From Camelus dromedarius (Eukaryota), in NCBI RefSeq assembly GCF_036321535.1, contig NC_087436.1, positions 95,792,001 through 95,856,000 on the forward strand: a DNA stretch of 64,000 nucleotides. Reading direction: 5' to 3'. Of the stretch, positions 1 through 14,757 are shown one piece after another; positions within the stretch are counted from its first letter, which is position 1; each line of letters opens with the position of its first letter. A program made the position numbers and the translations under genes. Below the pieces are notes generated by a model that was given only the letters and a program-made list of their open reading frames with translations, ran no database searches and was not told where the DNA came from.

Positions 1-459
1 GTGACGATATGCGCTTTGTCAAAAAGCTGAAGCCATTGTGCAGACCACCAGCCCAGAACGCCCAGAGAGGTTCCTTTTGGCAACGTGAGTGTCCTCCCTG
101 TGCCAGAGTTTCTGACTGTCCAAGAACATCCTCTCACTTGTCCTGAAAGCCTAGTGATGATAAAAGGGAAGGCAATGAGGGTGGAATCATAGTGGCTGCC
201 ATTTGTGGAGGGGACTGAAAAGGCAGCTATTTTCATTTCCTTCAAAATCCTACTCAGAACAGACTGCTGGTGCTCTTTCTCGGAGGGTATCATGGGTGCT
301 TCCTCACCGGCTGCCCCAACACCCCTAACTCTGTGAGGTGGGTGCTGTTCCTCTGAGCTGAGGGTTCTGTGGCAACTGCCCTCCGTTAAACAGCTCATAA
401 ATGAAGGAGTCAGGATTTAAGCCCAGGCCAGTTTAATTTTAAACCCACACTTTTCAATT

Positions 460-1350
460 TAACAACAAAAACAAAACCAAACAACTTGATATTAAAATGG
501 GTAAAGGATTTGAATAGACATTTCTCCAGACATGATATACAAAAAGCCAAAAAGCAAATGAAAAGATGCTCAGCGTCACTAATCATTAGAGAAACGCAAA
601 TCAAAACCACAATGAGATATCACTTAGCACCCATGAGGACTTCCACTTCAAGGAAACACAAAACACAAGTGTTGGTGAGGACGTGGAGAAACTGGAACTC
701 CTGGCGCACCACTGGCAGGAATGTAAAACGGTGCATCTGCTATGGAAAACAGTATGGCACTTCCTCAAAAAAGTCAAAAACAGAACCACCATAGGATCCA
801 GTAACTCCATTTCTAAGTATATATGTAAAAGAATTGAAAGCAGGATCTTGGAAAGATATTTGCACACTCATGTTCACTGCATCATTATTCACAACAGCCG
901 GGAGACAGAAACAACCTAAACAGCTATCAAAAGATGAATGGTTAAACTAAATGTACTATATATGGTGGAATATTGTTCAGACTTAAAAAAAGAAATCCTG
1001 TCATTTGCTATAACATGGATGAACCTGGAGGACACTATGCTAAGTGAAATACACCAGTCACAGGAGGACAAATACTGTGCTATTCGACTTAAATGAGGTA
1101 ACTAAAGAGTCAAACTCCCAGAGACAGAAAGTAGAATGGTTGTTGGCAGGCGCTGCAGGGTGAGAAAGGGGACGGAGAATTACTGTTTAACGGGTATAGA
1201 ATTTGGGGTTTGCAAGATTGCAAAGTTCAGCACTCATTACACAACAGTGTGAACACACTTAACACTATTGAACTCCACACTTAAAAATGGTTAAGATGGT
1301 AAATTTTATGTTACATGTTTTTTTAACACAAAAATAAAAAATTTTCAAAA
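460..1350 (+). mobile_element. L1 LINE 3' fragment (end of ORF2 plus 3' UTR), degenerate
   Basis: ORF fragments [34 protein letters not shown] and [18 protein letters not shown] resemble the L1 ORF2 C-terminus; typical 3' UTR and A-rich end follow. Confidence 0.9.
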
Positions 1351-2661
1351 ATCCATAGTCCTAACCAGGATGCTACACTGAGCCTCCAGTCTCTTCTCTC
1401 TGAAATGACACATGACCTTTTCCCCCGCAAGCGGCCATTCATCACAATAGGCGTCATCGGCTAGCACTAAGTTTCACTTTATGCTGCCTCATGACACCTC
1501 AAGAAAACAAAGGACCACAGAGCCCATTTTTAAAACTCTGGCAAACTCAGAAAAGGCGGGTGCATAAGGAAGGAGTCTTGCTATAAATGAAGATCTGAGA
1601 GTCCAGGATATCCTCCCAAAGGTCACTAAAATTCAAAACATGAAATCAGAACATTCCCAAGCCCTGTGTCTCTCCCAGAGCCAGGGAGGGTTTCTGAGGG
1701 CATGCACTTTTGCCTCATTTAGGCCCAAGCTCCCACACATTATGCAATACTGCCTCTCCTGGAAGGAGACAGTTACAGCTCACCCCTCTTACAATGGAAG
1801 AATAGGGTGAGGTAGCAGGCTGAAGACCTAGAGGTGGGAAGCAACATGGCACCCCACAGCCCAGACCCACCTGCCTCCAGGGGTCTAACCAGGATGCTCT
1901 GTGGTTAGCCAAGCCGGGGTGCTGCCCTGGGACACTATTCCTGAACACAATGCAGAGGACAGCTCCTGTGGGCATTATGATCTTTGAGTCCCAGTCTTCT
2001 CACGTGTAAAATGAGGCATTGGATTCAGCATGCCTTTTCTTCCTAACATGAAAAGCTCCAAATAATCTAAGCTACCAACAATATCAAGGAGACCCTACTG
2101 AGCTCCACAGACTCAGGATACCATAAGAGGAGTATTAAAGATAAGTATTTAAGTGAACAAAAGAGTCCTTTTATCCTACCAGCCAGGAGTCTAGTCTCGG
2201 ACAAAAACCAGTGCAGACACACATGCCACAGACGATGGAGACAGAACTATACCACTCCAGAAGGAATGGAGGAGCGGAAGGATGATACTGAAACCATTTC
2301 TGACCCACAGCTGGTAGGATGGTTACAGATCACAACCAAAGGAGCCATGGGAGGCTGAGAGCAGGAGAGCCAGGGACTGTGGCAGAGGACTGGAGTTGAC
2401 AGTAATACGAGTGACCAAAGGCGAAAAGCCACTGAGGCATCTGGGTGAGGGGATGACCCTGGTCATGACAGACACCATGGTATGTTTGCTTTTTTCACAT
2501 CACTGACATTAATTCTTCAAAAAGAAAAAAATCGTATTATCAGGAAACTTAAAATGACTTCAAGCGCAGAGCTTGAACTTCAACAAACTATGTTGTTTTA
2601 GAAACAGAACACACTGATTTGTACTAACCTATCAATTACAATTTTTTTAAAAAAGTGTTTA

Positions 2662-2778
2662 TGAAAAAGAATATGAAAACAAATACACACACACACACGT
2701 ATATATATATGCATGACTAAAACATTATGCTGTACACCAGAGGTTGACATATCGTAACTGACTATACTTAAAAAAAAG
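2662..2778 (+). mobile_element. Short 5'-truncated L1 3' end
   Basis: atgactaaaacattatgctgtacaccaga...aactgactatactt plus A tail; flanked by the repeated 7-mer gtgttta. Confidence 0.7.
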
Positions 2779-4844
2779 GGGGGTGTTTAGCTGTATGGAA
2801 GGAGCAGTCAGAGAAGATGGAACATATCTTTCAAGCTACCAGAAATAGAGAAAAAGGTTCCATGGGCTTTTATATTTCTTCATTTAACTTAAAAAAAAAA
2901 TCAATTCCCAAACTATTCTCTGAAACTATGAACATAACATCCTGAAATTTTATTTCTTCTAGAACCACAGAAATCTGGAATCTCAATAAGCATTAAGCAA
3001 CAAAGTGCTTTGGGACACCTGGGGCTCTTTCTCGGGTGTGTGAGCAGGCAGGAAGTGGCCCTTGGGAACAAAGGCTTCTGAGAAAAGGAACAGCAGTGGT
3101 GGGAGGGCCAAGATGAAGAAAAACCCTTCAAATGAAGGCCATGTATCTCTAACTTTTAGGCTTGATTTCTGCAAATGAAGGCTGTCATTTTCTCAACTCA
3201 AATTATTGGTCATGCCAAGTTTAATCATTTCTTAGAAGAAAGGGGGGAGGGATTGCCAAATGATCATCTGTAGTTCAGGCCCACAAAAGAAGTGATCTTT
3301 ATAATTAGGTCCATTTCCAATAAATCTGAATACTTGCTACCATCATGATTTGTGACAGAAACGTGCTTCCATTTTAATCCTCCACATGACCAAATATATT
3401 TCAAATGTTTCTTAATTAAAAATGAATTTTTCCCACTTCAAGATATTACTACATGAGAAAACTGAAAAAGAGAAAAGGGGGAAACATCACCTATCGCTAC
3501 AACATCTCGAAACTTCTGCAGAATGTATGTTTTCTTTGTATTTTTTCCATGAATATGCTTTTTTTCCCCAAAGTATAATCTGAGTAGTTAATAATACCCA
3601 TATTTGGTTAATATTCCAAAACCATATATCCCTGTATCCAACAGAAACCAAGCACCATCTATGAACCAAACCCTGTGCCAGGTCACAGAACCATAACTAG
3701 ACAGTGCCCCTGCCACAGGAGCTGAGACAGAGCTTTGAAAATGGGCCCTCAGTGCCTGCAGTGGCTAGGCGAGACCAAAGCGGGAGCAGGTGTGTGAGAG
3801 GGCTCGCCGCACACGCGTGTGTCTAAGGTCCACGCTGAGCCCCGCCACGGCTCACCAGCCTTTCCTCCTCCAGGGACCTTCACCACCTCTGGCTGCTGAG
3901 CCCCATGACAACTATTTGCTCTAAGAATCCCATTTTTATTTCTGTGTAAACGTATCAATCAAAATTCATTCCCGGCAGAGCAATCTTTGACGGAAGGTCA
4001 CTCAACTTCTCCCCAAGTACTTCTGGTAATAAGTTTATATATTTACCCACATAATTTCACCTACTTTGGGATAAACATGAATTGCTAAAAAGCTAGTGAG
4101 CCCTGGTGACTTTCACTGTTCTGGTTCTGCCTTTGGTTGCTAAGTAGCGTAATTAACAAGAAGACACTGACGTGTGGTGGCCGGAGGCAGAGCTCCCTCC
4201 TCCCAGCAGTGGCCCTGCTCCTCTCCTCCCCACAGCCCAGATGGTATCTTGAGTGGATCCCACTGCCATGCTGGTACCACGGTTCTCCCATCCCTCCCAC
4301 GGTGAGCTACAATGAGTCGGGCCAGTCAGCTCCCCAGTATCTGGATTGGTACCCGGTAACTGGATGCCTCTGGAGCTAAGAGGCCATACAGATTAGGGAG
4401 CTGGCTAACTGTATACAGTGGGAAGCAAGCTGGGAAAGCTAGCATGTAGAATGAAAAAGAGGCCAGAAGAAAAAAGGAGGAAAAATTACATGACCCCAAA
4501 GAGGATGGAATCAGAGAGACTTCCTTGGTTCCTGACAACCTAGTTCCTGGCCCTTGTGCTTATCTTGATTTTTGCAAGCCTCCTACTGATTAAGCTCACT
4601 TAAGTCATCTTCTGATTTTTGCAACTAAATGATCACTGACTAAGACAGGCTTACACTCATCTGTTTCCTGAGCGTTCTCAGCACTGCCTATAAGTAGCAG
4701 GCATTCAAGGACAGCTAAGAGCTCCAAACAACTTCCTCTCAAGAAGCTGGAAACTGAATAAGCAAGAAGAGAACAGAATCAGGGAAAACAAATAGGTTGG
4801 TGATAATCAGGCCTGGTTTAATGGAAAGAGAACCATGATTCTAG

Positions 4845-4980
4845 TCCGTTCTACCACTGACTGCCTGTTTTACCTTAAGTGGGTCCCTTTCCCTCACTGA
4901 ACCCATTTCTTCATCTATAAAACAAGGAATTTGGAACAGACACTTTTCAAAGTTCCCACTTCCTTGGATTCCTTGAAAGC
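4845..4980 (+). mobile_element. MIR SINE fragment
   Basis: Core ctaccactgactgcctg..accttaagtgggtccctttccctcactgaacccatttcttcatctataaaac. Confidence 0.6.
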
Positions 4981-5859
4981 AATGGACTCTCCTACATATC
5001 CAGTAAGGATCATTCTGGAAGCCGTGTGGGCTGTCGAGTATCTTGCCTCTGCCCAAGGTCAACACTTCAGTTAGCAGGGAACACAGCAGGTGCATCTCTT
5101 GTGGTTCAGAGGAGTCAGTGGAAGGGAGATCCCGAAGAGGTCACTGCCAAGAGCAGCATATTCGGGAGAATTCAAAGGAGGGCAATGTCCCAGGGCCGTG
5201 CTCTCCAATGCCGTAGCCACCAGCCACACGTGGTTCTCGAACAGCTGAAATGAGGCTCTGCTCCGGAACTTTTCCATTTGTGTTTAATCAGCTGTGTGGA
5301 GCTAGTGGCCACTGTACTGGACAGCCCAGATCTAAAGCTCGGGGGAAAACAACGGTGAGACAAAGCAAGCCGCTCTCTAAGAGGGACAGACAGAAACCTT
5401 AAGGAGCATCAGGGGTAGAGAAGCAGACCACACCCGAGAAAAGAAGAAATGGCGACATGAGAAGTCCGAGGTGCTCAAGGGTGGAGGGCTGGGTGAAGAG
5501 GGGAGAGAAGTAGCATGAGGAGCTTTCTGGGCAAAGGAAGGCATCTATGCAAAATCCCGGCTGCAAGAAGACACACAGCACAGCGGGAGTGGAGGGACAC
5601 GGCCGGGGCAAGTCTGTGGCCCTGGGTGCCCAGCCCACACCCAGGTTCCCAGCCCTCACACGCTTCCCCTTCATCCTCGCAACCACGTGCATCCTACACA
5701 GTGGCCCCACGCTCAGCCAAGTACCATCATAGCTCAGCCGCCCTGTAGCAAAGAGTGACCAGATGCCAGAGTTCCAGACATCAAGACACATGCAGAACTG
5801 GACCATGGGCTTCTGCAAAAGTTTGCTCTCTCGGTATAGAGGGGTCACCCTTTCCCCCT

Positions 5860-6120
5860 TGTTGCTTCCTCCTTCATTCTGCTCGGAGCTGGTGGGGAAG
5901 CTGGAGGTGGTACAGCTACGCTGTGACTAGGAGGCATTCAAGAGGAAGAAACAGGAAAAGTAGGAAGTACCTCCGCTCCCTGGGAACGTCAAGCATCAGA
6001 GAACAGCCCTGCCCTGTCATCCTCCGGACTTCTTGTCCATGAGAAAGATTAATCCCTCTCTGATTACATCAGCCAGCACGATTTCTAGTACAGTCAGTCA
6101 GATACAAATCTCTAGATGAT
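5860..6120. mobile_element. Probable MLT1 (MaLR) LTR fragment
   Basis: Degenerate resemblance only (ggaagtacc..ccctg..tcagagaacagccctgccctg..ccggacttcttg..gagaaagattaatccctctctgatt). Confidence 0.4.
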
Positions 6121-7667
6121 GTCAAATTTGGTACCTGGAAGTGAAGGGCTGAGGAAGGTGGAACTGGTGGAGCAAAGGAACTTGGGCAAGGGAGAGGAAA
6201 GCCTGCAACTTCGCTGTGTGCTGGCAGAACATCTGGTCTAAGGGTACGTAGCCTGCTCCACGCCGGGGCATGTACCAAGTGTGGCTGAGACCGCAGCGGC
6301 AGGAACAGTGGAAGAAAACTTCCAGCATGTGGTGCATTGAATCAATGGGAGAATTCTCTGAGGGAGAATGATGAACTCAAACCACACCAGCCGTTTTGCA
6401 GAGAGAGACAAGAAATACCCCTTTGTCAAGGCAGGTATCCCAGCCTATGGCCTCTAATCTAAGCCCCACAAGTTGAAGCCTTGTAGGGATGAAAAAGCCA
6501 ACTGTTCCTATACCCCACCCCCAGCACAACCCTTGGCAGGAAAAAGAAAAACTTCCCCTTGGTAACTGTTGGGTAAAGATGCTTCTGCAAAAAACAATTT
6601 CAAAAATGGAATCACACAGGTGGAGATATAACCTCTCATCATTAGACCTGTCCTTAATCGAAAGTTCTCAAGCTAACACACCTGGATAGGAAATGAAGCT
6701 CAACACTTGAACTTTGTGTAGAAAACTCATTAGTCTCTCAAGTATAAAATGCAAAGTTATGTAAGATCATAATTATGATGTTCCTACTTTAGTAAATGAT
6801 GCTTAAAATCTTATTAGTAGTCATTCTGCAGATATTTTCATTTATATAAAAGTGATAAAACAAATTTACTTAGAAAAAAATTCATTTTAAAAAGCAGTTT
6901 AATGCATCCCTTGGCTTGATCTCAGGACTTTACAAAACCAAGAGCTCGCTGAGTGAGCCCGCAGCTGTCACTCTGGGGCCGCCGGCTGGCATCCAGTGGG
7001 AATGCCCGACTTCGCCCCCTCCAGGAGAGACAGGACATTTTTTCATTTAAGCAAATGAAACGAACAGAAACCATTCAACTAGGAGGATTCTAATTCTGTT
7101 TCTAAAAAATTAAAACCACCAATAAATAATGCCCAAAACGTGTGCTGTATTAGCAAGAAAAATAACATTTAATTCTAGAATACTTCCAACATAAGAACTG
7201 TTCTTTCACTCTAACGCAGCTTATCGCCACACAAACACTAACTTAAACGAGTCAAAACTCCTGATGATTTATTCCTAAAACTGTCAACAGCTCATTACTG
7301 TGATTAAGAGACCAGACTTAGAGCAGAACCGACCTGATGTGAACCGGAGCTGTGTGAACTGAGTGCCGCGGGAGGAGCACGGGCAGTCCCCACGCATGGG
7401 GTTGAGGAGAGAATTATCACCTAGCTGGGTGCAAGTGCTCAGTACGCGGTAGGGACGATTGCGACAGCTATTACTAATATTCGGTTAGTTTTACTGCAAA
7501 GAAAATAGGATTTGTTGGCCATTTCATAATCTGCCATAGAACACATTCCTAATTTTCAATCTGTTTATTTCACTAACAACCACTCAGGAGTTTGGGGGCT
7601 GAAGTTTAAATCAGAATAGGATGTACTCCTGCCCATCAGCTGCTGCAGCCTGAGATATTCAAAGGAC

Positions 7668-7849
7668 ATCAAAGTGTGGTCCCCAAATCTGCAAAGGCAG
7701 CATCACCTGGAAACGCCTAAAAATTGCAAATTCTCAGGCTCTACGAAGAATTCCGTCTCCAGAATGAGAACCTTTAGGGATGAGGACGAGCAACCTGTAT
7801 TTCCACAAGTTCTCCAAGGGATTCTGGGCATGCAGTTTGAGAACAGCTG
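7668..7849. mobile_element. MER5A-like hAT-Charlie DNA transposon
   Basis: caaagtgtggtcccc..gcagcatcacctggaa..tgcaaattctcaggc...gtttgagaac. Confidence 0.75.
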
Positions 7850-8139
7850 AAAGAAATGTAGCCCCAGGCCACTGCCACTGACCCGTGGCCCTGTGGCTGC
7901 CTCCCAGAAAGGGGGCTCCCCCGCCCCACGTCTTCCCAGGCACTTCTCGGGCAACACCAGGGTCCCCTGCACCCTTCCCCTCAGCCTGCAGTGGAAGGAA
8001 AGCAAACAAGGCCAACCAGTAGGGAAGCTCCTCCCCCTACCCCCGGCCTAACCACGCCCGTGGTCAGAATCACGGGTGACAACTCAGAGCCCGCCAGAGG
8101 AGGTTCCACACTCCCCCTTAAAACCCCTTCTGAGCACAC

Positions 8140-8640
8140 AACCACACATAACTTGTACAGGAAGGTTTGCAGCAGCGCTATTCATAATGGCCAAGAGGTA
8201 GCGACAACCACCCAAACGTCCGTCGACTGGTAAACGACTGCATTTGAGGTCTGTCCACGCAATGGACCATTAACTGACCATAGAAAGGAACGGAGCACTG
8301 ACACAGGCTATGACACCATGAACCTTGAAAACATGATGCTCCGTGAAAGAAGCCACACACACAGAAGCACGTATCACCTGATTCCCTTTATATAAAATGT
8401 CCAGAATGGGCAGATCTATAGAGAAAGAAAGATGATTAGTGGTTGTTTAGGGGGAGGGAGGTTTGGGGAAGTGACAGCTATGGGTTTCTTTCTAGGGGGA
8501 AAAGTATTTTAAAATTAGATTGTGGTGATGGTTCCACAACCCTTTAAATACAGAAAAATACACTGTATACTTCAAATGGGTGAATTGCGTAATATGTGAA
8601 TTATTACTCAATAAAGCTGTTTTTTCAAACAAAACAAAAG
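8140..8640 (+). mobile_element. Old L1M 3' UTR fragment
   Basis: gcagcgctattcataatggccaa...gaaccttgaaaacatgatgct..gaaagaagcca...atgtgaattattactcaataaagctgtt. Confidence 0.8.
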
Positions 8641-11069
8641 CTTCCTGCCATGGACAGCTCCTCAGAGCTAACTGAAGCTCCCGGGCAGTGCTGTCCAGGC
8701 TGCAGGGTGGCCGTGCACAACCAGGAGGAGGGTGAGGCAAGCCAGCACCTAGGATGCAAAATGTAAGGAGCCGCTCATTCTCAGGGCCATGTAAGTGCAG
8801 GGTCCATACCTGCAGGGCCCTAAAAGCAAGTGCCTCTTTAAACTTTGCATTCAGGGCTGCTTGCCTCGCCCTGGTTCTACTTCACGTTCGGGTATGTCTA
8901 CAGTTTCTATCCTCCTGAGAATAGCTACAAACTACGAACCATTTCCTTGCTTTACACACTTCAGTGGCTCCCTAGTGCCTACAGATTAAAATTCAAAGGT
9001 GACAAATTAAGATCTTCCACTTTGGACTTTAATCCTGTGGCCCCAGGCACAGGCTCTGGAGTGAGAGGAGCCCTAAGGAGGAACTCCCTGCCAGCTGGGT
9101 GCTGTAAGCAGGGATCACACCCAGGCCCTCCCACTCCGGGACCTCCAGGGTCCAAGCCCTCAAGCAGCAGAGATTGAGATGATGTCTCTGTGTCATCATC
9201 AACCCTCAGCCCCAGCCTTTGCACGAAGCGTAAGGACTGACCGTTTAAATGCCAGTGGTAAACTAGGAAAGAAAGGCTCAATCAACACTAACGTACAACT
9301 GTTATCAGGCACGAAAACAGCAAACTGAGGTGGAGTCTTGCCATTCACTGTGGCTTCTCCAACATCTGTGATGATGTGCCAAGAAGCACAATCAAGGGGA
9401 AAAATCTAGTAGCTTCAAACTATTGAAATCCATGAACAATCCATCCCTGGCTTGCAATATTTTATCTTGAACCTGGTCCTTACTGACCACAGAAAAGCAA
9501 AATTATATGGAACGTAAGTTAAGAACAATCTGAAAAAGCCATATGTCTCTGGCAATTGGAAACTATTTTTTTCTTTCTTATTTTGCCCACTCCCTAAAAC
9601 CTTGTACAAAAATAAAGAAAAATATCTCAATTTCAGAAGGCAGCTCTCCACAGAAAATGAGGAAAGAAGATACATACTGTAACAAAAACAAGACCGAAAA
9701 CAAAAACATGGGGGGAAGAAAAAGTACACTCTGCTGGAATTAGAAAAAGGCCAACAAGACACAGGGAGCAACACTGCCACCAAGCGGTGACTGTGTCTCA
9801 GGGCGCCCTGGCATCTAAATCAGCGGTCTCAATCAGAGCCACAATCAGAATGCTCTGGGTGGGTTTAAAAAGAGAAGCCATGCCCAGGCCGTCCTCACCC
9901 ACCTGACACAGTGAGAGCAGAGGGGCCGGTGCAGCCCACATTGTAAGTCTCCCCATGTGACTGGGACACAGTGAACCAACATGAACCAGCGATCAAAACA
10001 AAGGGTCATACGATGTCACCGCGATGCTTACAAGTTCCAGTAAAGTTCTGCCTGCACTTATTCTGCTTACATCATCCATTAAAATTTCCTAATGGTAATT
10101 AAATTCTTGAAAACTTCGCTATGAACAATACAAATAAATCACAGTCGTACAACAGTTACAATAATAATATAAAAGTCATTATAAAGATTCAGATTACATT
10201 CCTTGGTTTTGCCATTACTATTTACATCTAATATCTAATCCAATCAACTTAACTGGATCATAAAATCATGCATATTGACAGAGGTATACTCACAACACAA
10301 AAACCCTCTGAACTTCAGTTTCACTAGGCTGTTTACTTATACAATAGGTTTCAAATCAATAAGTCTTTATCTATATTAGGTGGGTTTTTTCTTCTTTTTT
10401 TTTTTAACAATACACAAAGTCTGAATGCTTCTATTGTTAGTGAAATCGGTAAATGCACAATGTAATCAGAAATGCTTAAATTAAAGGCATTGGACCAAGA
10501 CTAAAATTGTTCCTTGGCACAGAGGCAAGTAAAAGAACCCCCCCATTCCATAGATGGGAGTTACCTAAAAAAAAAAAAGATTTCTTAACAACAAAGAATT
10601 ATCTTTTGCATGAAACACGAGGAAAAACCGTGGAGTAGTTCTACTCCCAAAAATCTAGTCAGAAGTTGATTTTCAACATTTTTTGCAGGTCTGACAATTA
10701 GATCAGAGCCCACAGCTAAGAAAACAAATACCTGCACATTCTCTATGCCCTGCTGCCCCCAAAAAGCTTCCGTGGAAAACAAAACGGCAGGAGCAAGGCA
10801 GACACCATATGTTTGGTTTCATTTGGCACACTGTCAAGTTTTTCTTCATCCCTAGTATCGTATATTTTTTATCACTGCATTTTCCCCAGCAGACTGACTC
10901 TTTGCTTCTCCAGGCAGCACAAATCCTCTCAAAAAAATGTCACTGAAGACCTAGACTTCTCTGAGTTTTGACACATGTGGGTGACTCCTCGGGTCACCTA
11001 CAGCAGCGGAGAGAGCACAGGTGTCCTAACCTGGGAATAGAAGGTCTGGGCTGGATTGACCACGATCAC

Positions 11070-11236
11070 TCTTCTAAGCCTTGCTACTCACGATCAACCA
11101 GAACCACAGCATCACTGGGCAGTTTGTCAGAAATGGAGACCCTCTCCAGAATCCAAACCCACAACACCAGAATGCACCTTTACCAAATCACCAGAGGACC
11201 CTAAGCACATGCAAGTTTGTGAAGTGCTGCTCTAGA
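11070..11236. mobile_element. MER5A-like DNA transposon
   Basis: gctactca..cagcatcactgggcagtttgtcagaaatg...gcacatgcaagtttgtgaagtgctgctctaga. Confidence 0.65.
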
Positions 11237-13209
11237 CTGTGACCTGGGGAAAGCCATTCAATCTACAGGTGTGTTCCCTCTACAGCTGAGAGGTGAGAGT
11301 GCATGTGCCACCCTTACCTTCAGTGCAGGCCAAGGGGGAGGTGATCACCAGGGTGAAGGCCCTGGAGATGAGGAAGGGCTGTTATGCAGACATCAGCAGC
11401 GCTGCCCCTACTCAGAGGAACAACTGCGTCTGCCCTCAGCCGGCTCTGCTCTACAAACGCAGTCTTCAACACACTCGGCCTTCAGCCGCTTTGCCCTGTA
11501 ACAGATTTAACTGAACCCCTGTAAAACCACCTTCTGTCAGGTGTATTATATCGCTTACCAACTACGGACCTTTCACTTCCTCAGCACCCCACAAACCTTT
11601 CACCCAAAGAATCCAAAACACAAAGGAGGGAGAACGCATTTCCCCGGGGCTTCTGGGGCACCAATCATAAGTGGCCACAAACTAAAAGCATCACTGAAGA
11701 CTCTGCTTTAAATTTCAGCCACCATGCCACTTTTGATATTCATTCTACTTCATGACCTCCCTGTGTCTGTTTTATGACAAAAATGTTTGCCTCACAAAGT
11801 CTTCGAGTACAAACTGGTGAGTCCGCTACTGATCGTATAGTTTCCCTTCGATGCCATGCTGCTGCACACCAGACCTACTGGCTGAGAAGCAGAGACCCAC
11901 CCCTCTGAGGGTCAGAATGGAAAACCATCCTGCTAGACTTTCTACAAGAAACTGACTGGTCTCTGCTGAGTTTAAAAAAAAAAAATCATAAAGCAGCCTG
12001 AAATTTGGAGATGTTTGCACTATCCTACTAAACATTTATAAGTAAATTTCTAAATGGAAATTAACTGCCTACTTTCAGATAAGCTTCCAAAATATAAAAT
12101 TCAGATTCCTGCAACTTCATTATTTCACAGGGATTTTGCGTATAGAAAGTCACACACCCCTAAGTGACAAGCTGACTCGTTTGAGATAGTATTTGTGCAG
12201 TCTAACCTCTCCACCTCTACCCACACTGTTTTTTACTCTATATTTAGTTGGAGTCACACTCCCTACTCATTAACACCCTTCTCCAGTTTTTAGCCCATCT
12301 ATAAAAATCAGAACCCCCAAACTATAGAAAGTTCTATTTCTCCTTCACTTGTATCCTTACTGCTATGCAAACACCAGTTTTTAAATTACTGATATGTTTT
12401 ACTAGTATTTTCCAAGCAGGAGGGGACAGTACAATTATCCCTGTCTCATGTTTCCACCTTGACGAAGGTGAGACCTGTCTATGAACTGAAGTCTGCAGTG
12501 CCAGAATATAAATGCAGAATGGTCACAAAGAGTCACTGAGCACCTGAAACATTTTTAAAGGCACCGCGAAGTGTTCCTTGTAGACTTTTGTCCCTTATGC
12601 TCAAGCCAGAGCCACTGGCTGCAGACACCTGGGCTGCCCAGGGGAAGCCCCCACAAGATGAAGCAGAACAGAGACCCAGAGGCACCTCTAGTGGTAGACA
12701 CTCTGCTGGGATGGTCTGGCCAATGCAGGGGCCTCTGGGGCCCTCAACTATCGGAGGATCTGTAGGTCTCACAGTTAGAGGGGAACACACAGAAAAGCAT
12801 GTGGGTCCAAGTGGTCCCAGGCCACAGTGGAAGGCGCTGCTCTCTGCGCCCTAAGGATGGGAGGCAGGCAGTGCAGAGGATGGAGATGCCTGCTTTGGGA
12901 GAAGAAAACTCAGACAGATGTTACGAAATCAACCTCCCTCCCCTTCCCGGCACACTCTTGTCCCAGTGCTAACACGCAGGGAGGAAGGACGAAGGCAACT
13001 CCATGAGTTAAAATGCTCTGGAGCTCTGAAACACAGGGACACACTGGGAACAACCGCTCAATGCAGGGGCTCACGGGAAGCCCAGAGGGAAGGCGCCCCA
13101 AGGAAGAAGCCACGCCCAGTCTGGGCCGCTCCCGGCCACGGGCCACACCCACCCCTGGGGCCACGCCCACCGGCAGCTCAGCCTGCGGGCAGTTCCGCAA
13201 ACTGTGGGG

Positions 13210-13420
13210 CAGAGATCCTTGAGCTCCAGTCCTGCCTGTCGCCTACTAGCTCGGTGGTTTGGGGAGAGTGATTTCAGCCACTCCAAGCCTCTGCTCCATC
13301 TGTGAAACACGTGCAATAAAAATGCCGACCTTCGTAAGGTTGACTGGGAATTAAAGGAAATAATTCATGTAAAGCACTTGCTAAAAATAAGGACACGGTA
13401 AGTGATTATTATTATAATAC
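13210..13420 (+). mobile_element. MIR SINE
   Basis: ttggggagagtgatttcagccactccaagcctctgctccatctgtgaaac...taattcatgtaaagcacttg. Confidence 0.65.
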
Positions 13421-13649
13421 CACTTCAGAGTCGTAAATGCTTTTATTTTCTCTTCTCTCTCTCTCATACACAGAGTACCTACAACATAATTTTATAATTC
13501 AGACAGCATTTCTTAATTCTGTAAGAGCAGAAAGGACACAAGCAGAAAGGGGAAGGAGCAGGGAGTTAAGAAATCACGAAGGACCAAATATTAAGTTTGT
13601 AAGAATCTGAACAATTTACCTAAAAGTCATAAAGCCTGTGCAGACTGAA

Positions 13650-13950
13650 GGAACCTGAGATAAAGATAAGGAATAAGTACATAACTAGAGTATGTTTCGA
13701 AGAGGTAAGAGCTATGGAAAAAATCGTAGTAAGGAGATTAGGGATGTCTGATGAGGGTACAACCTGAAATGGAGTGGCCAGGGAGGCCTCAATGAAAGGT
13801 GACTTTAAGCAATGATGTGAAGTAGGTGAGGGGGTTAGTCATGGGGACAACGGGTGAAGAGCACTGCAAACACAGGGAACAGTCTGTGCAAAGGCCTCAG
13901 GAAGGAGCCGGCGTGGCAAGAGCAAGGGGCTGCAGCAGAAGCCTTCCTCA
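13650..13950. mobile_element. L2 LINE fragment
   Basis: gtggccagggaggcctc..aggtgactttaagc..gggaacagtctgtgcaaaggcctcag. Confidence 0.6.
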
Positions 13951-14757
13951 GAGAGGCCAGGTGGACCATGTATGTGACACCCATCTAGTGCTGCACTGGG
14001 GTCTCTAAGGACATCTTCCTGCAGGAGATGTGGGGAAAATGGCAGTAGCTGCATAGTTTGGGACCTGAATAATCAGTGATGACCGTGGAAGAGGAACGGC
14101 AGGAGCGGTATCTATGCAGGGCCCACCGTGCTCAGCACTTTTATCAATCACAAAAAGACATGGAGGGCCTGGCTCTTCAACTTTACATAGCTCGCTACAG
14201 CATACTGGTCACCAGAATTAAGCTTCAAAACCATCCCCAAACGACTGGCTGATGCTGCCACACTTCACAGGTAAGAAGTAGAAAACTTTTCACAAGTGCA
14301 GGGAGGAATCAGACCAATTTTGAAATAACAGTTCATGCCCCAGGGGACAAGATATGGTAAGAGCCAAGAATGTGAGTAAATGACCTAAAGCAGAGACAGG
14401 TTATAAAGGTGGCCTTGCATTCAGAGAAGAGTGCGCCACGTGGGTGGGAGACCGCGGGAGGTGGAGCTGGGTTCCAGGTTTCCGGGGGTCCAATATGGTC
14501 AGCGGACAGGACTATGACTAGAGGAGACTGACAGTGAAACGGAGTGGGTCAAAAGACTGGGGGAAACGAGCCTGGAGCAGAGCTCTGGAGGAAGCAGCGC
14601 TTCTTTGACCCTCTGTCATCTGAGGAACAGGAAGTGCAAACAAGTGCATTCCGCGCGTCTCAGACCAGACACAGACAGGAACCAAGGGAGGGAACCATGG
14701 GAGACAGGATTCAGCTTCATCTGAGGAAGCTCCCTGTAAAACTTACAACTGCTCTGG

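Noticed and set aside
486..919. L1 ORF2-like ORFs as a functional gene
   Set aside because: Frameshifted, truncated retrotransposon remnant.
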